From the NCBI GenBank assembly GCA_049517415.1, contig JBEKSC010000021.1, forward strand, positions 1 through 49,059: DNA of 49,059 nt. The letters are read 5' to 3'. How positions within the stretch are numbered: the stretch's first letter is position 1; every line of letters starts with the position of its first letter. This DNA is from Candidatus Bathyarchaeia archaeon (GTDB lineage Archaea > Thermoproteota > Bathyarchaeia > 40CM-2-53-6). Positions 40,331-49,059 of this stretch are shown here, one piece after another. The notes beneath the pieces were generated by a model. It was not told the DNA's origin. It did no database searches and was given only the letters and a program-made list of their open reading frames with translations. Position numbers and translations under genes: made by a program.

Positions 40331-40608
40331 AACTTTCTGTTGTTCGGTTCCGGCAGAACCCTTTAACGTTATTCTTCTCTTTTCAGGCTTGCTCTCACAA
40401 TGGTATAGAAACTGATATCGTTGCGTGAACCACAGCTTGGCCCGTCTGGGAACTCGTAACGCCAGCCTTCGAAAGCACCATCGATTTCTCATGCAAACAA
40501 AGGGCGCGAATGTTCGTCCAGTCTATTTCTTTTCTGGCCACGCTTCAACTTAGCATGGCCGTTGGTATAGCGCGGACTTATATTTGCGTGCTCATCGAAG
40601 TGTAGTAT

Positions 40609-41646
40609 ATGGGTAAGATAGTTACCGTTGGAGAAGTGTCAGCTGGTCCCGGAGAAATCAAACACGGTCCAGCAACTTGGGTTGAGTTGAGGGACGCGAC
40701 GCGGGTATCTTTACCCGTGATAATCATAAACGGCCATGATGACGGCCCAAAGGTTGTACTGTGTGGGGCAACACATTCTACGGAGTTGTCCGGAACAGCA
40801 ACAATTCATGCCCTAATGAAAAGAATTGACCCTTCTAAGTTGAAGGGTAGCATAATCGCTTTTCCAACAGCCAATCCTCTTGCAATGCAGTTCGGGGCTT
40901 ATGTGTCTCCTCATGATGGGGCCAACCTTGCCGTCTCGTATCCGGGAAGCGAAAGTGGCAGCATAACGGGTCGCTTTGCGAACTTCATCTGGAAGAATGC
41001 GACACTCGGTTCAAACTTGATAGTGGACCTTCATGAAAACGTCAAACCATGCCTCAAGTTCACACTAACCGGCTACAGCAAGGACAAGGACGCTGAGAAG
41101 CGAGCTCTCGAGCTGGCAAGAGCATATGGCGTGACGGTCATTCGTAATCGTTCATCTGAAGTTGACACCGGTACTGCCGGAATGAAAGTCGGTGACCTTT
41201 ACTGGGCCGAGTTGGGGCTGACAAACGGAATTCCGGGCTTCACGGCCGAACTGGAAGGGAGTTTCGAATCAAGATTTGATGAGGCTCAGTCATCTGTGGT
41301 GAGAGTTGGAGTGAGAGGCATTATGAACACTCTTAGTACGCTAGGTATGGTTCAAGAGAAAGTACAGCCTCAAACGGAAACCCTCGTCCTCAAGGGCGAC
41401 TTCAAATCGAGCGGGAACATTCGCGCAAACAGGGGAGGGCTCGTCAACAGGTTCGTTGATGTCGGCGTTAAGCTGGCAAAGGGAACGAAGATCGCAGAAG
41501 TCATCAACCCCTACGGAGAAGTAACTGAAACCATCAAGATGCCGATCGACGGCTACATCTGGGCTTGGAGCATCATAGGCGCTGACAACTTCAACTGGTG
41601 CGTGCAAGCTGGATCACCGATAGCCTATTTGTTTTCGGAGCTGTAG
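40609..41646 (+). CDS. succinylglutamate desuccinylase / aspartoacylase (M14) family deacylase
   Basis: HSTE, ANP, VDLHE, TAELEG, C-terminal biotinyl-like domain. Confidence 0.87.
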   Translation: MGKIVTVGEVSAGPGEIKHGPATWVELRDATRVSLPVIIINGHDDGPKVVLCGATHSTELSGTATIHALMKRIDPSKLKGSIIAFPTANPLAMQFGAYVSPHDGANLAVSYPGSESGSITGRFANFIWKNATLGSNLIVDLHENVKPCLKFTLTGYSKDKDAEKRALELARAYGVTVIRNRSSEVDTGTAGMKVGDLYWAELGLTNGIPGFTAELEGSFESRFDEAQSSVVRVGVRGIMNTLSTLGMVQEKVQPQTETLVLKGDFKSSGNIRANRGGLVNRFVDVGVKLAKGTKIAEVINPYGEVTETIKMPIDGYIWAWSIIGADNFNWCVQAGSPIAYLFSEL

Positions 41647-41757
41647 TCCACACGGGAATCCAGTTACTCCACGTATCGTAAATTCTACGATCCTTCGTGC
41701 CTGGAGAACTACCCTGCCAGGTGAAACTACTTTTGGAGGCTTTGAATCCGTTCGCTG

Positions 41758-42522
41758 TTATTGAATTACGTACCCGCCGTCCACGAGCATGCATTCGCCA
41801 AGAACGAATGATGCACGGTCCGAAGCGAGGAAGAGCACGGCTTCGGCTATCTCTTCTGGCCTTCCCATTCTCCCAATTGGATGGCTGTCGATTACCTGTT
41901 TTCGGACTTCAGCCGGATCTGGGAAGAGGCTAAGCTCACGATCCACCATCGCTGTGTCGACAGCGCCAGGGCAAACGCAGTTTACCCGTATCCCGTCTTT
42001 CGCGTATTCAAGCGCCATTGCCCTAGTCAACTGAACAATCGCGCCCTTTGACGCACAGTACGCCGTGAATTTGTCAAAGCCTACGAAGCCAAGCTGAGAG
42101 GCGATGTTAACCACTACACCCTTTCTTTTGGCAATCATGATTGGGAGAGCGTACTTGGAGACAAGAAATGCTGCCCTCGCGTTGGTATTTAATACCGCAT
42201 CCCACTCCTCCACAGTTGTATCAACAAGCCGTTTCACGAGCTCCCTGCCAGCGTTATGGCAGACGATGTCTACCGTACCGTACCTTTTCACGGTCTCGTC
42301 GACGAGTTTCTTGACCTGTGAGCTATCCTGAACGTCAGTCTTCAAGAAAAAGGCCTTGCCTCCTTTTTGTTGAATAGCCTTAACGGTCGCTTCTCCCGTT
42401 TCCACATTTCGAGCACCTATCATAACGCTCGCATTCTCTCTTGCAAAGACTTCAGATATTGCTCGCCCGATCCCGGAATTGCCTCCGGTCACAATGGCAA
42501 CCTTGCCGTTCAACTCCATCAT
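41758..42522 (-). CDS. short-chain dehydrogenase/reductase
   Basis: TGGNSGIG, HNAG, YCASK, VCPG, VDGG. Confidence 0.95.
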   Translation of the reverse strand: MMELNGKVAIVTGGNSGIGRAISEVFARENASVMIGARNVETGEATVKAIQQKGGKAFFLKTDVQDSSQVKKLVDETVKRYGTVDIVCHNAGRELVKRLVDTTVEEWDAVLNTNARAAFLVSKYALPIMIAKRKGVVVNIASQLGFVGFDKFTAYCASKGAIVQLTRAMALEYAKDGIRVNCVCPGAVDTAMVDRELSLFPDPAEVRKQVIDSHPIGRMGRPEEIAEAVLFLASDRASFVLGECMLVDGGYVIQ

Positions 42523-42648
42523 CCAAACCCTCTACATGCAATTTGTTCCTAGGCCATATATGAAGTCAAGCCCTACATAATTGGATTGTACGCGAGGCGT
42601 CAAACTTATTGAACTCACATTGTGCATCGCATTGGCACGTGGAATACT

Positions 42649-42768
42649 TCGGTTCGAAAGTATGTTTCAGACTTGATGGTAGATGCAGGACTTAAAGTGA
42701 AGGTGGATCCGTTCGGGAACCTCATTGGACGATCTGGAAGTCCGTATGAGCCTCTTCCAGTCGTCGCT
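42649..42768 (+). pseudogene. N-terminal remnant of an M20 N-carbamoyl-L-amino acid / allantoate amidohydrolase (HyuC/AllC-like)
   Basis: VRKYVSDLMVDAGLKVKVDPFGNLIGRSGS..PLPVVA matches the family N-terminus; similarity stops just before the expected GSHxD, at the convergent neighbour's stop. Confidence 0.7.
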
Positions 42769-42771
42769 TGG

Positions 42772-43842
42772 CTATTTTCCTACTTCCGATGCCAAGTCGG
42801 TGAGTTCCGGATGCACCACGCGACCTTCTCTCGTGACTTCCACTCCGTCAAGTGTAACCGAGCAGTTGAGGCATATGCCATCGACGTGTGATATGGCTGA
42901 AACTGGCATACCCTTTCCATTATAGTACCAGGACTGATAGCCGATCCCCCACTCAGTGCAACCCCATACTCTTTCATCTTCCACAGTCACCCCGGTGAGT
43001 TTTGCTCCGGGGTTGAATCCATAGCAGACATGCGCCAGTTTGTACATGTTTGCATCATCCAACTTGGCAAGCCACTTCTCGTAAATCTTTGCCTCGTCGC
43101 CGCCTGAAATTCCAGCTATCTTGCCGTTCTTGATTTCCAGTTTTACGGGGGTTCTGAGGGTTCCGAAGTATGCTTCGCCTCCACCAGCTAAAGCTCCATC
43201 GAATACTATCTGGCCGCTGATCGTTTCTTCGACTGGAGCCCAAATTATTTGACCTCCGAGGAAGTGCGCGTGCGCACCACAGACATTTGGAATAGAGCAA
43301 TCCATGGTTTCAGTGACGACGGGTCGATGATTCATGTTGAATGAGATGTCGTTACCGGCGGGGTTCGTGATTCGTACATTGTCAGCGTTATGGGTCATCT
43401 CTGCTACTTTGGTGAGAAAAGGATTGAGGAGTTGCCAGTTCACCTTTCCAACACATCTAACTAGTCGCTCGACATCTATGCCTCCCAGGCAGAGGTACCT
43501 TACCTTCTTGGATTTGATAGCCTCCTCCCATGGTGTCGAGTAGAGGAGCCATTGATTGTTGAACTCAATCCAAGCGTCGGCTTTGGGGATTGCAGCCTTG
43601 ACTGGTTCTGGCAAATAGGCGTCTGTAGCTTTCCCAAATCCGGGAGGAGTGGTATGCCAAATGACCGCAACCTTGGCATCGAGAGCTTGCGCCACCCGAG
43701 CTACAGCAGCCGCTGACCGGAAATCTGTCTCTGTATCAATGGTAACCAAGAAGTTCTCCCCTGGTTTGATCTTCAGACTGTCCCTTACGAGAAAGTCAGC
43801 CGCCTTCGCAAGTTCCAGTTCAAGATATTCGGGCAATCCCAA
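42772..43842 (-). CDS. M29-fold protein with NicX-like metal site (copy 1)
   Basis: KPGENFLVT, ITNPAGND, GQIVFDG, AHVCYGFNPGA, EDER, SHVDG. Confidence 0.82.
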   Translation of the reverse strand: MGLPEYLELELAKAADFLVRDSLKIKPGENFLVTIDTETDFRSAAAVARVAQALDAKVAVIWHTTPPGFGKATDAYLPEPVKAAIPKADAWIEFNNQWLLYSTPWEEAIKSKKVRYLCLGGIDVERLVRCVGKVNWQLLNPFLTKVAEMTHNADNVRITNPAGNDISFNMNHRPVVTETMDCSIPNVCGAHAHFLGGQIIWAPVEETISGQIVFDGALAGGGEAYFGTLRTPVKLEIKNGKIAGISGGDEAKIYEKWLAKLDDANMYKLAHVCYGFNPGAKLTGVTVEDERVWGCTEWGIGYQSWYYNGKGMPVSAISHVDGICLNCSVTLDGVEVTREGRVVHPELTDLASEVGK

Positions 43843-43866
43843 GATCTCCTTCCATACGAAACTGTA

Positions 43867-44928
43867 TTACTCTCTTCCGAGTTTCTTCGCAAGTATTGCG
43901 AGCTGTGGGTCCGTAAATTTACCCTTGTCCAATAATTGCCGTCCATCAATCCAAATAGATGAGTTGAGGCATATTCCATCCGCGTGAGAAATTGCATTGA
44001 TTCCCTTTGCTTTGAAGGCTGGACCCTGTTGGCCGAAGCCCCACTCGGTGCACCCCCAGACCCTTTCATCTTCAGTGCATAGGCCTGAGAGTCTAGCGCC
44101 GGGGTTGAACCCGTAGCAGACATGCGCAGCATAGTACATATTCGGGTCATTCAGCTTGTGCAACCACTTCTTGACGGCTTCAGCCTCCAATCCGCCTGAG
44201 AACTCAACGGCCTTACCGTTCTTTACGGTGACTCGGACCGGTGTCCTGAGGATTCCGAGATCCGCTTCAGCACCACCGGAATATGACCCATCATAAACGA
44301 TCGTACCGTTAATACTCTCTTCAATTGGCGCCCACGCTATCTGACCAAGAAGAAAATGCGGCCCAGGCACATCAGCAAAGAGCTCATTCCTCACAGGCCG
44401 TTTCGGATCGTTCTCGAAATAGACATCTGTTCCAGCTGGCGTTGTTATTCTCATCTTTCTCCCCTTCAAAGTCATTTCTGTGAGTATCTCCTGCAGCTCG
44501 GCTTGCGTGTCAATATCAATTCTTCCGACGCACCTAACAATCTGATCCACATTCAATCCTCCCAAGAACATGTACCTGACCTTTCCCTTTCCTTCGACTG
44601 CTGGTTTCATCGCGTTATCCCAGGGCGTCGAGTATAACAGCCATTGATTGTTCAACTCGATCCAGACGTCGGTATTAGGGATAGCAGCCCACAAAGGTTC
44701 AGGAAGATATGGATCTGCGACTTTGCCATAGCCTCTTGGTGTTGAGTGCCAAGCAACCATGACTTTTGCGTCAGCTGCTTCCGCAGCTTTCGCGATTTCC
44801 TCAGCAACCCGGAACTCCTCAAGTCCGTCAATCGTAATCAGGACACTTTCGCGAGATTTCACCTTGCACAATTTGTTGATAACTACATTCGCAGTCTTGC
44901 CGAGTTCCATATCAAGAAGTTGTGGCAA
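43867..44928 (-). CDS. M29-fold protein with NicX-like metal site (copy 2)
   Basis: Tandem paralogue: ITTPAGTD, GTIVYDG, AHVCYGFNPGA, EDERVWGCTEWG, SHADG. Confidence 0.82.
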   Translation of the reverse strand: MPQLLDMELGKTANVVINKLCKVKSRESVLITIDGLEEFRVAEEIAKAAEAADAKVMVAWHSTPRGYGKVADPYLPEPLWAAIPNTDVWIELNNQWLLYSTPWDNAMKPAVEGKGKVRYMFLGGLNVDQIVRCVGRIDIDTQAELQEILTEMTLKGRKMRITTPAGTDVYFENDPKRPVRNELFADVPGPHFLLGQIAWAPIEESINGTIVYDGSYSGGAEADLGILRTPVRVTVKNGKAVEFSGGLEAEAVKKWLHKLNDPNMYYAAHVCYGFNPGARLSGLCTEDERVWGCTEWGFGQQGPAFKAKGINAISHADGICLNSSIWIDGRQLLDKGKFTDPQLAILAKKLGRE

Positions 44929-45213
44929 AAAGAACGTCTCAAGTAGACCACGCCGAGTTACGTCTTAAAACACTTCGGTTAGTTCTCACATGCGGCAGCG
45001 AACCTGTTCGCGATTTTCTCAGGGTCTACGTCTGAAGGCTATACCGACACTTTAATTAGAAAACAAAATGTTGTGAAGAGACATCATGACATCGTTGATC
45101 CGGACAACCCAGCAAACGTTATTATTATTTGTTCGTCAGGGAGTAACTTACAGAACCGAGATATGTAGAATGCTGAGTTCACGGTCTTAACTAGATCGTG
45201 GGAAATTAACACC

Positions 45214-46956
45214 ATGACCCAACCCGACTCACGCCTTCAACCGCTGAAGCATGAACGTGTGCCCGTACCGGAAATATACGTTGAAGGCAAACCGGCCCTA
45301 GTCCTAGATAAGCGGACGAAACGGAGAACCAAAGAAGAGGCTCGCGACGGCAACCTTTCGGCCGTTCAGTTCATGCAGGATCTAGCCAAAACCATCTATG
45401 GTCCACGTAGACTGATCAAGGTTATTTCAACCCAAGATGGCAATTATCCGATGACCTTCATAACGTCAGATCTACAGAGTGTCCTGAAGCGAATCCAGCT
45501 CAAACACCCTGCAGCGCAACTGATAGCAGGGGCGGCCATTGCAACTTATCGCGAGAAGGGGGATGGTTGTGTCTCAACTTTGCTGCTTGCCGCGAGTATC
45601 TTGACGGGCTGCAGGCGTCTGCTCGCTCGCAAGACTCACGTGAACACGGTAATCGACGGCCTCTCCCTTGCCTATAAGCGAACAATGAAAAAGGCACCTA
45701 GACTTGCGCTTGCTGGCAGGAATGAGCCTATCGTTGAGGTGCGACAAGCCATTAAGAACTCTCTCGAAGGAAAACTCTCGCCCCAAGATCATGATGTCAT
45801 ATGTAAGCTGCTATTCCGAGCCGTCGAGATCGTTGGGCTCTCGAACCTTGACGGACCGGACGCGGATGCAATAGTTGACGTGAAAAAAGTCACTGGAGCT
45901 TCGTTGGCAGAATCTCAGATCGTTGAAGGCGTTGTTCTGACTCAAGAGATTCCCCATGATAGGATGCCACGAAGAGTGGAACATGCCCGAATAGCACTTA
46001 TTCAAGGTGAACTTAGAATTCCCAACAAGAAGATTTCGCGGTATCAGGATTACAGTTTTGAATTCGACAGCCCCGAAAAACTGAGCGGCTTCGACAAGTC
46101 AAAGGAGACCTTCTTGGAAGGCCGAGCGGCCAACATTATTGAAACTGGCGCAAATGTCATTCTTGTTTCCGAAGGGGTTGATGACTTACTTCTCGAATAT
46201 TTTGCTGACCGTGGTATACTGGTCATTCGTCGTTTTCCTCCAGTCGAGTTCGAGAGAGTAAATCGCATACTGGGCGGAAGAAGGATTACTAACCCATTGA
46301 TAATCACACGTGAAGACTTGGGAAGTGCAGAATTGGTCGAGGAGCGGAAGCTTGGAAAGGACAAGCTGATTTTCATATCTGGTTGTAGTACCCCGAAGTC
46401 GGTTGACATTCTCCTAAGAGGAAATGTGAACTGGGTACTTGACGACATAGAACGCGTGATGAAAGGCGCAATCAAATCAGCCACAGCAGTTGCAAAGAAT
46501 CCACGGATGGTTTGGGGCGGGGGAGCATTCGAACAAGAAATTGCTAGAGACTTGTACGACTATGCTGAGAGTATTGCCGACCGGAGACAACTTGTTGTAA
46601 GGTTAGTTGCCGAGGCGTTCGAATCCCTTCCAGCCATGCTGGCTGAGACGGTCGGAATGACAGCAGTGGATGTGACGACAGAACTTCGACACCGGCACGC
46701 TAAGGGCGATAAGTCAGCGGGGGTTGATGTGATGAACAATCGAATAGCGAGAATGTCCACGCGAGGCATTCGTGATTCTCTCGATATCAAGCTACAAGTA
46801 ATCACGACCGCGTTCGAGACGGCGATAACGCTTCTGAGGATAGATGACTTGATCATTGCCCCAGACCTGCCCGCGGCCGAGCGACACTATCTGGAGCGAA
46901 TAAGAGGAACATCACGAAAAGCGCTCAAAGCAAAAGGCGCCCCGCTAACAGAATAA
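45214..46956 (+). CDS. divergent group II chaperonin (thermosome-like)
   Basis: HPAA, GDG, MPRRVEHARIAL, GANV, ILLRG, GGGAFE, LLRIDDLI; ATP-site motifs degenerate. Confidence 0.88.
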   Translation: MTQPDSRLQPLKHERVPVPEIYVEGKPALVLDKRTKRRTKEEARDGNLSAVQFMQDLAKTIYGPRRLIKVISTQDGNYPMTFITSDLQSVLKRIQLKHPAAQLIAGAAIATYREKGDGCVSTLLLAASILTGCRRLLARKTHVNTVIDGLSLAYKRTMKKAPRLALAGRNEPIVEVRQAIKNSLEGKLSPQDHDVICKLLFRAVEIVGLSNLDGPDADAIVDVKKVTGASLAESQIVEGVVLTQEIPHDRMPRRVEHARIALIQGELRIPNKKISRYQDYSFEFDSPEKLSGFDKSKETFLEGRAANIIETGANVILVSEGVDDLLLEYFADRGILVIRRFPPVEFERVNRILGGRRITNPLIITREDLGSAELVEERKLGKDKLIFISGCSTPKSVDILLRGNVNWVLDDIERVMKGAIKSATAVAKNPRMVWGGGAFEQEIARDLYDYAESIADRRQLVVRLVAEAFESLPAMLAETVGMTAVDVTTELRHRHAKGDKSAGVDVMNNRIARMSTRGIRDSLDIKLQVITTAFETAITLLRIDDLIIAPDLPAAERHYLERIRGTSRKALKAKGAPLTE

Positions 46957-47081
46957 TGCACCTTTGCAAACCCTCAGTTCTCAATAGTCGTCGAGAAACG
47001 ATCTCCGCGTCTTGAATCACGGGGGAATCAAGCCAAAGTGATATAAAGCTGAAAACGCAGAGATACGCCGTGTGATTGTTC

Positions 47082-47828
47082 ATGAAGATCAAAGTAATTC
47101 TTCCGATTACGTCGAAGGGTCTTGACGCAGAAAGTGAGAAAGAGTTTAGGAGCTACGCCTTCACCGGCACGGAAGTTAGCGTGACTCATCTTGACTACGG
47201 GCCGGCTTCTGTCGAGAGCGAGCTAGATGAAGCCCTTTGCATTCCTGATTTCCTTCGCAAAGCACAAGAGGCCGAAGCTGCGGGCTATGATGCGGTCATA
47301 AGCGACTGCTTCGGAGACCCAGGAGTCAAACCTGCTCGAGAAGTACTCAAGATTCCAGTTATTGGTGCGGCTGAAGCCTCAATGCACTTTGCCGCAACTC
47401 TCGGCCACAGATTTTCTGTCGTGACTGTGCTGCCCAACATCCTTCCTATGATCGAAAACCTCGCGAAACTGTACGGACTCGAGAATAAGCTTGCGTCCGT
47501 GCGCTCGGTCGACATACCAGTGCTTGAGCTCGAAAACAAAGAGAAGACTATCAGGGCTTTGCACAAAGAAATGCTCGCAGCCATAAAGGAAGATAACGCG
47601 CATGTCCTCGTTCTCGGATGTACCGGGATGATGGGAGTTGCCAAAGAGTGTGAGAAATTACTGAAACAGGATGGATATGAGGTACCAGTGGTCAACGCGG
47701 CTGCGGCCAGCCTAAAGTTCATCGAGGCATTAACCGCTATGGGCCTTAAGCCAAGTCGCCTGACTTCAATGACTCCACCCGAGAAGACCCGAACTGGATT
47801 CCCAGTTGCGCAAACAGTCGCAGCTTGA
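47082..47828 (+). CDS. hydantoin racemase / Asp-Glu racemase family protein (copy 2)
   Basis: GPASVES, DCFGDPG, VLGCTGM; TATA-like atataaa at 47041. Confidence 0.9.
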   Translation: MKIKVILPITSKGLDAESEKEFRSYAFTGTEVSVTHLDYGPASVESELDEALCIPDFLRKAQEAEAAGYDAVISDCFGDPGVKPAREVLKIPVIGAAEASMHFAATLGHRFSVVTVLPNILPMIENLAKLYGLENKLASVRSVDIPVLELENKEKTIRALHKEMLAAIKEDNAHVLVLGCTGMMGVAKECEKLLKQDGYEVPVVNAAAASLKFIEALTAMGLKPSRLTSMTPPEKTRTGFPVAQTVAA

Positions 47829-48841
47829 ATACTCCGCTAAGGACGAAAACATTGCCTTTCCCTAAAGCATCAAAGGCAGAAGAGAAACTGCTACTGAAGA
47901 CAGCTGAGAGTCTGGTCAAGACCAGCCTAGCTGTCAAGCCGGGGGAGAAGTTCCTTGTTATTACGGACATTGAGACTTATCCCATTGGCAACGCTTTCTT
48001 TGACGCTGGTGTGAAAGCCAGTGCTGAGACCATACTTACGGTCATCAAAGAGCGCACCCGTCACGGTGAGGAACCCCCGGATCCGGTGGCCAAAGCTTGG
48101 GAGCAGGCGAACGTCTACATCGTCCCCACGAAGTACAGCCTAACACATACACAGGCTCGCAAAGCCGCTACGCAGGCGGGTGCAAGGGGCGCAACCATGC
48201 CAATGATCACCGTGCCAATGTTCAAAACCGGGGCTATTACAGCAGATTACTCGAAAGTGAGTAAGCTTTGTGAGCAGATGGGCACCCTGATGGATGGTGC
48301 AAAAGAGGTTCGCATCACCTCAGACGCGGGAACGGACATTACGATGTCAATCGAGGGTCGAATGAAGGAGCGAGATACAGGCCTACTCCTCAAATCCGGC
48401 GACTTTGGCAACTTGCCCGCCGGCGAGGTCTTCTGCGCGCCTGTGGAAGGGTCCGCGAATGGAACACTTGTATTCGACGGAGCAATAGCAAGTGTCGGAA
48501 TGCTGAAGAAACCGGTAACAGTAACCGTGGAGCAAGGTTTCGCGACAAAGATGACGGGCGGCCCGGAAGCAACGAAATTCGATACCCTGCTAGCAGCAGT
48601 GAAGAAGAAGGAAGCATACAACGTGGCCGAGCTAGGAGTTGGATGTAACCCGAACGCCCGATTGATTGGAATAATTCTCGAGGACGAGAAGGTGTACGGA
48701 ACAGTTCACGTCGCTTTCGGCGACAATAGCACCTTCGGCGGCAACGTTCAGGCAGGCATCCACTTAGATGGGATCATGCGCAAACCAAGCCTATTCCTAG
48801 ATGAAAAATCCGTCATAGAGAAAGGTACCTGGACTATCTAA
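47825..48841 (+). CDS. M29 (AmpT/AmpS-like) aminopeptidase with canonical ligands
   Basis: NLPAGE, AELG, EDEK...VHVAFG, HLD; overlaps the racemase stop. Confidence 0.88.
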   Translation: MNTPLRTKTLPFPKASKAEEKLLLKTAESLVKTSLAVKPGEKFLVITDIETYPIGNAFFDAGVKASAETILTVIKERTRHGEEPPDPVAKAWEQANVYIVPTKYSLTHTQARKAATQAGARGATMPMITVPMFKTGAITADYSKVSKLCEQMGTLMDGAKEVRITSDAGTDITMSIEGRMKERDTGLLLKSGDFGNLPAGEVFCAPVEGSANGTLVFDGAIASVGMLKKPVTVTVEQGFATKMTGGPEATKFDTLLAAVKKKEAYNVAELGVGCNPNARLIGIILEDEKVYGTVHVAFGDNSTFGGNVQAGIHLDGIMRKPSLFLDEKSVIEKGTWTI

Positions 48842-48865
48842 CGATTCAGCGCGTTCAACTCTCGT

Positions 48866-48908
48866 AAAAAACGTGGGTGGCTGGAGACCCGATAACGGGA
48901 GCCAGCCA
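48866..48908 (-). terminator. hairpin plus T-tract terminator between convergent genes
   Basis: tggctgg/ccagcca and cccg/cggg stems followed on the minus strand by T6, just downstream of the DUF917 stop. Confidence 0.55.
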
Positions 48909-48923
48909 ATAGGGTGGAAGTTC

Positions 48924-49058
48924 CTACTTTCGACCTTCCTTCATCACTGTCTCAATGGGTACGTAGGGAATGTCATACCCAAAGTGCTTTGGACCCAGGA
49001 TTGCCAACCCCTTAGGACTTCTGAAGGGCTCGCGACCGCGTAGTCCTAGCACCGAGAC
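48924..49058 (-). CDS. DUF917 family protein (copy 3), C-terminal fragment only
   Basis: Manual translation VSVLGLRGREPFRSPKGLAILGPKHFGYDIPYVPIETVMKEGRK* aligns with the C-termini of the other two DUF917 copies; not in the ORF track. Confidence 0.8.
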   Translation of the reverse strand, partial: VSVLGLRGREPFRSPKGLAILGPKHFGYDIPYVPIETVMKEGRK

Positions 49059-49059
49059 T

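Noticed and set aside
40331..40492. N-terminal extension of the aminotransferase in the ORF track
   Set aside because: Family similarity starts at LLMIPGPT, and a TATA-like tract lies inside the extension
48924..49059. Apparent multi-hairpin ncRNA (hammerhead-, RNase P- or C/D-like words) at the window end
   Set aside because: The minus strand translates cleanly as a DUF917 C-terminus, and the RNA motifs are incomplete
1..49059. CRISPR array, rRNA, intact tRNA, intact mobile element, and the many short antisense ORFs in the track
   Set aside because: No repeat-spacer array or full RNA gene was seen by eye; the short ORFs are shadows of well-supported genes

Overview
Archaeal genomic DNA: TATA-box promoters, many TTG/GTG starts, a group II chaperonin homologue and T-tract terminators. 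A TACK/Bathyarchaeia-like source is a guess from gene style, not shown. The first ~7 kb is housekeeping-like: a 5'-truncated HerA-type ATPase, asnS, a GNAT, pyrG and two wHTH proteins. A tRNA-3'-end-like scrap and a decayed IS481-type transposase (~7.2-7.5 kb) precede a ~42 kb catabolic region for cyclic amides, amino acids and peptides. It holds three DUF917 genes (the third cut by the window end and missing from the ORF track), two hydantoin-racemase-like genes, divergent hydantoinase/oxoprolinase A and B genes and a broken N-carbamoylase fragment. It also holds a HypD-type glycyl radical enzyme with activase, two atypical M24 hydrolases, three M29-fold proteins (two with NicX-like rewired metal sites) and a split Dpp/Opp ABC transporter. 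Further genes include a nucleotidyltransferase/metallophosphoesterase/APC-permease trio, nitroreductase-fold proteins, and a chaperonin with a degenerate ATPase site. Other signals are a well-supported CTG start codon, a candidate structured RNA at ~19.6-19.8 kb and several small gene remnants. All family calls come from motif recognition and recall; no searches were run.
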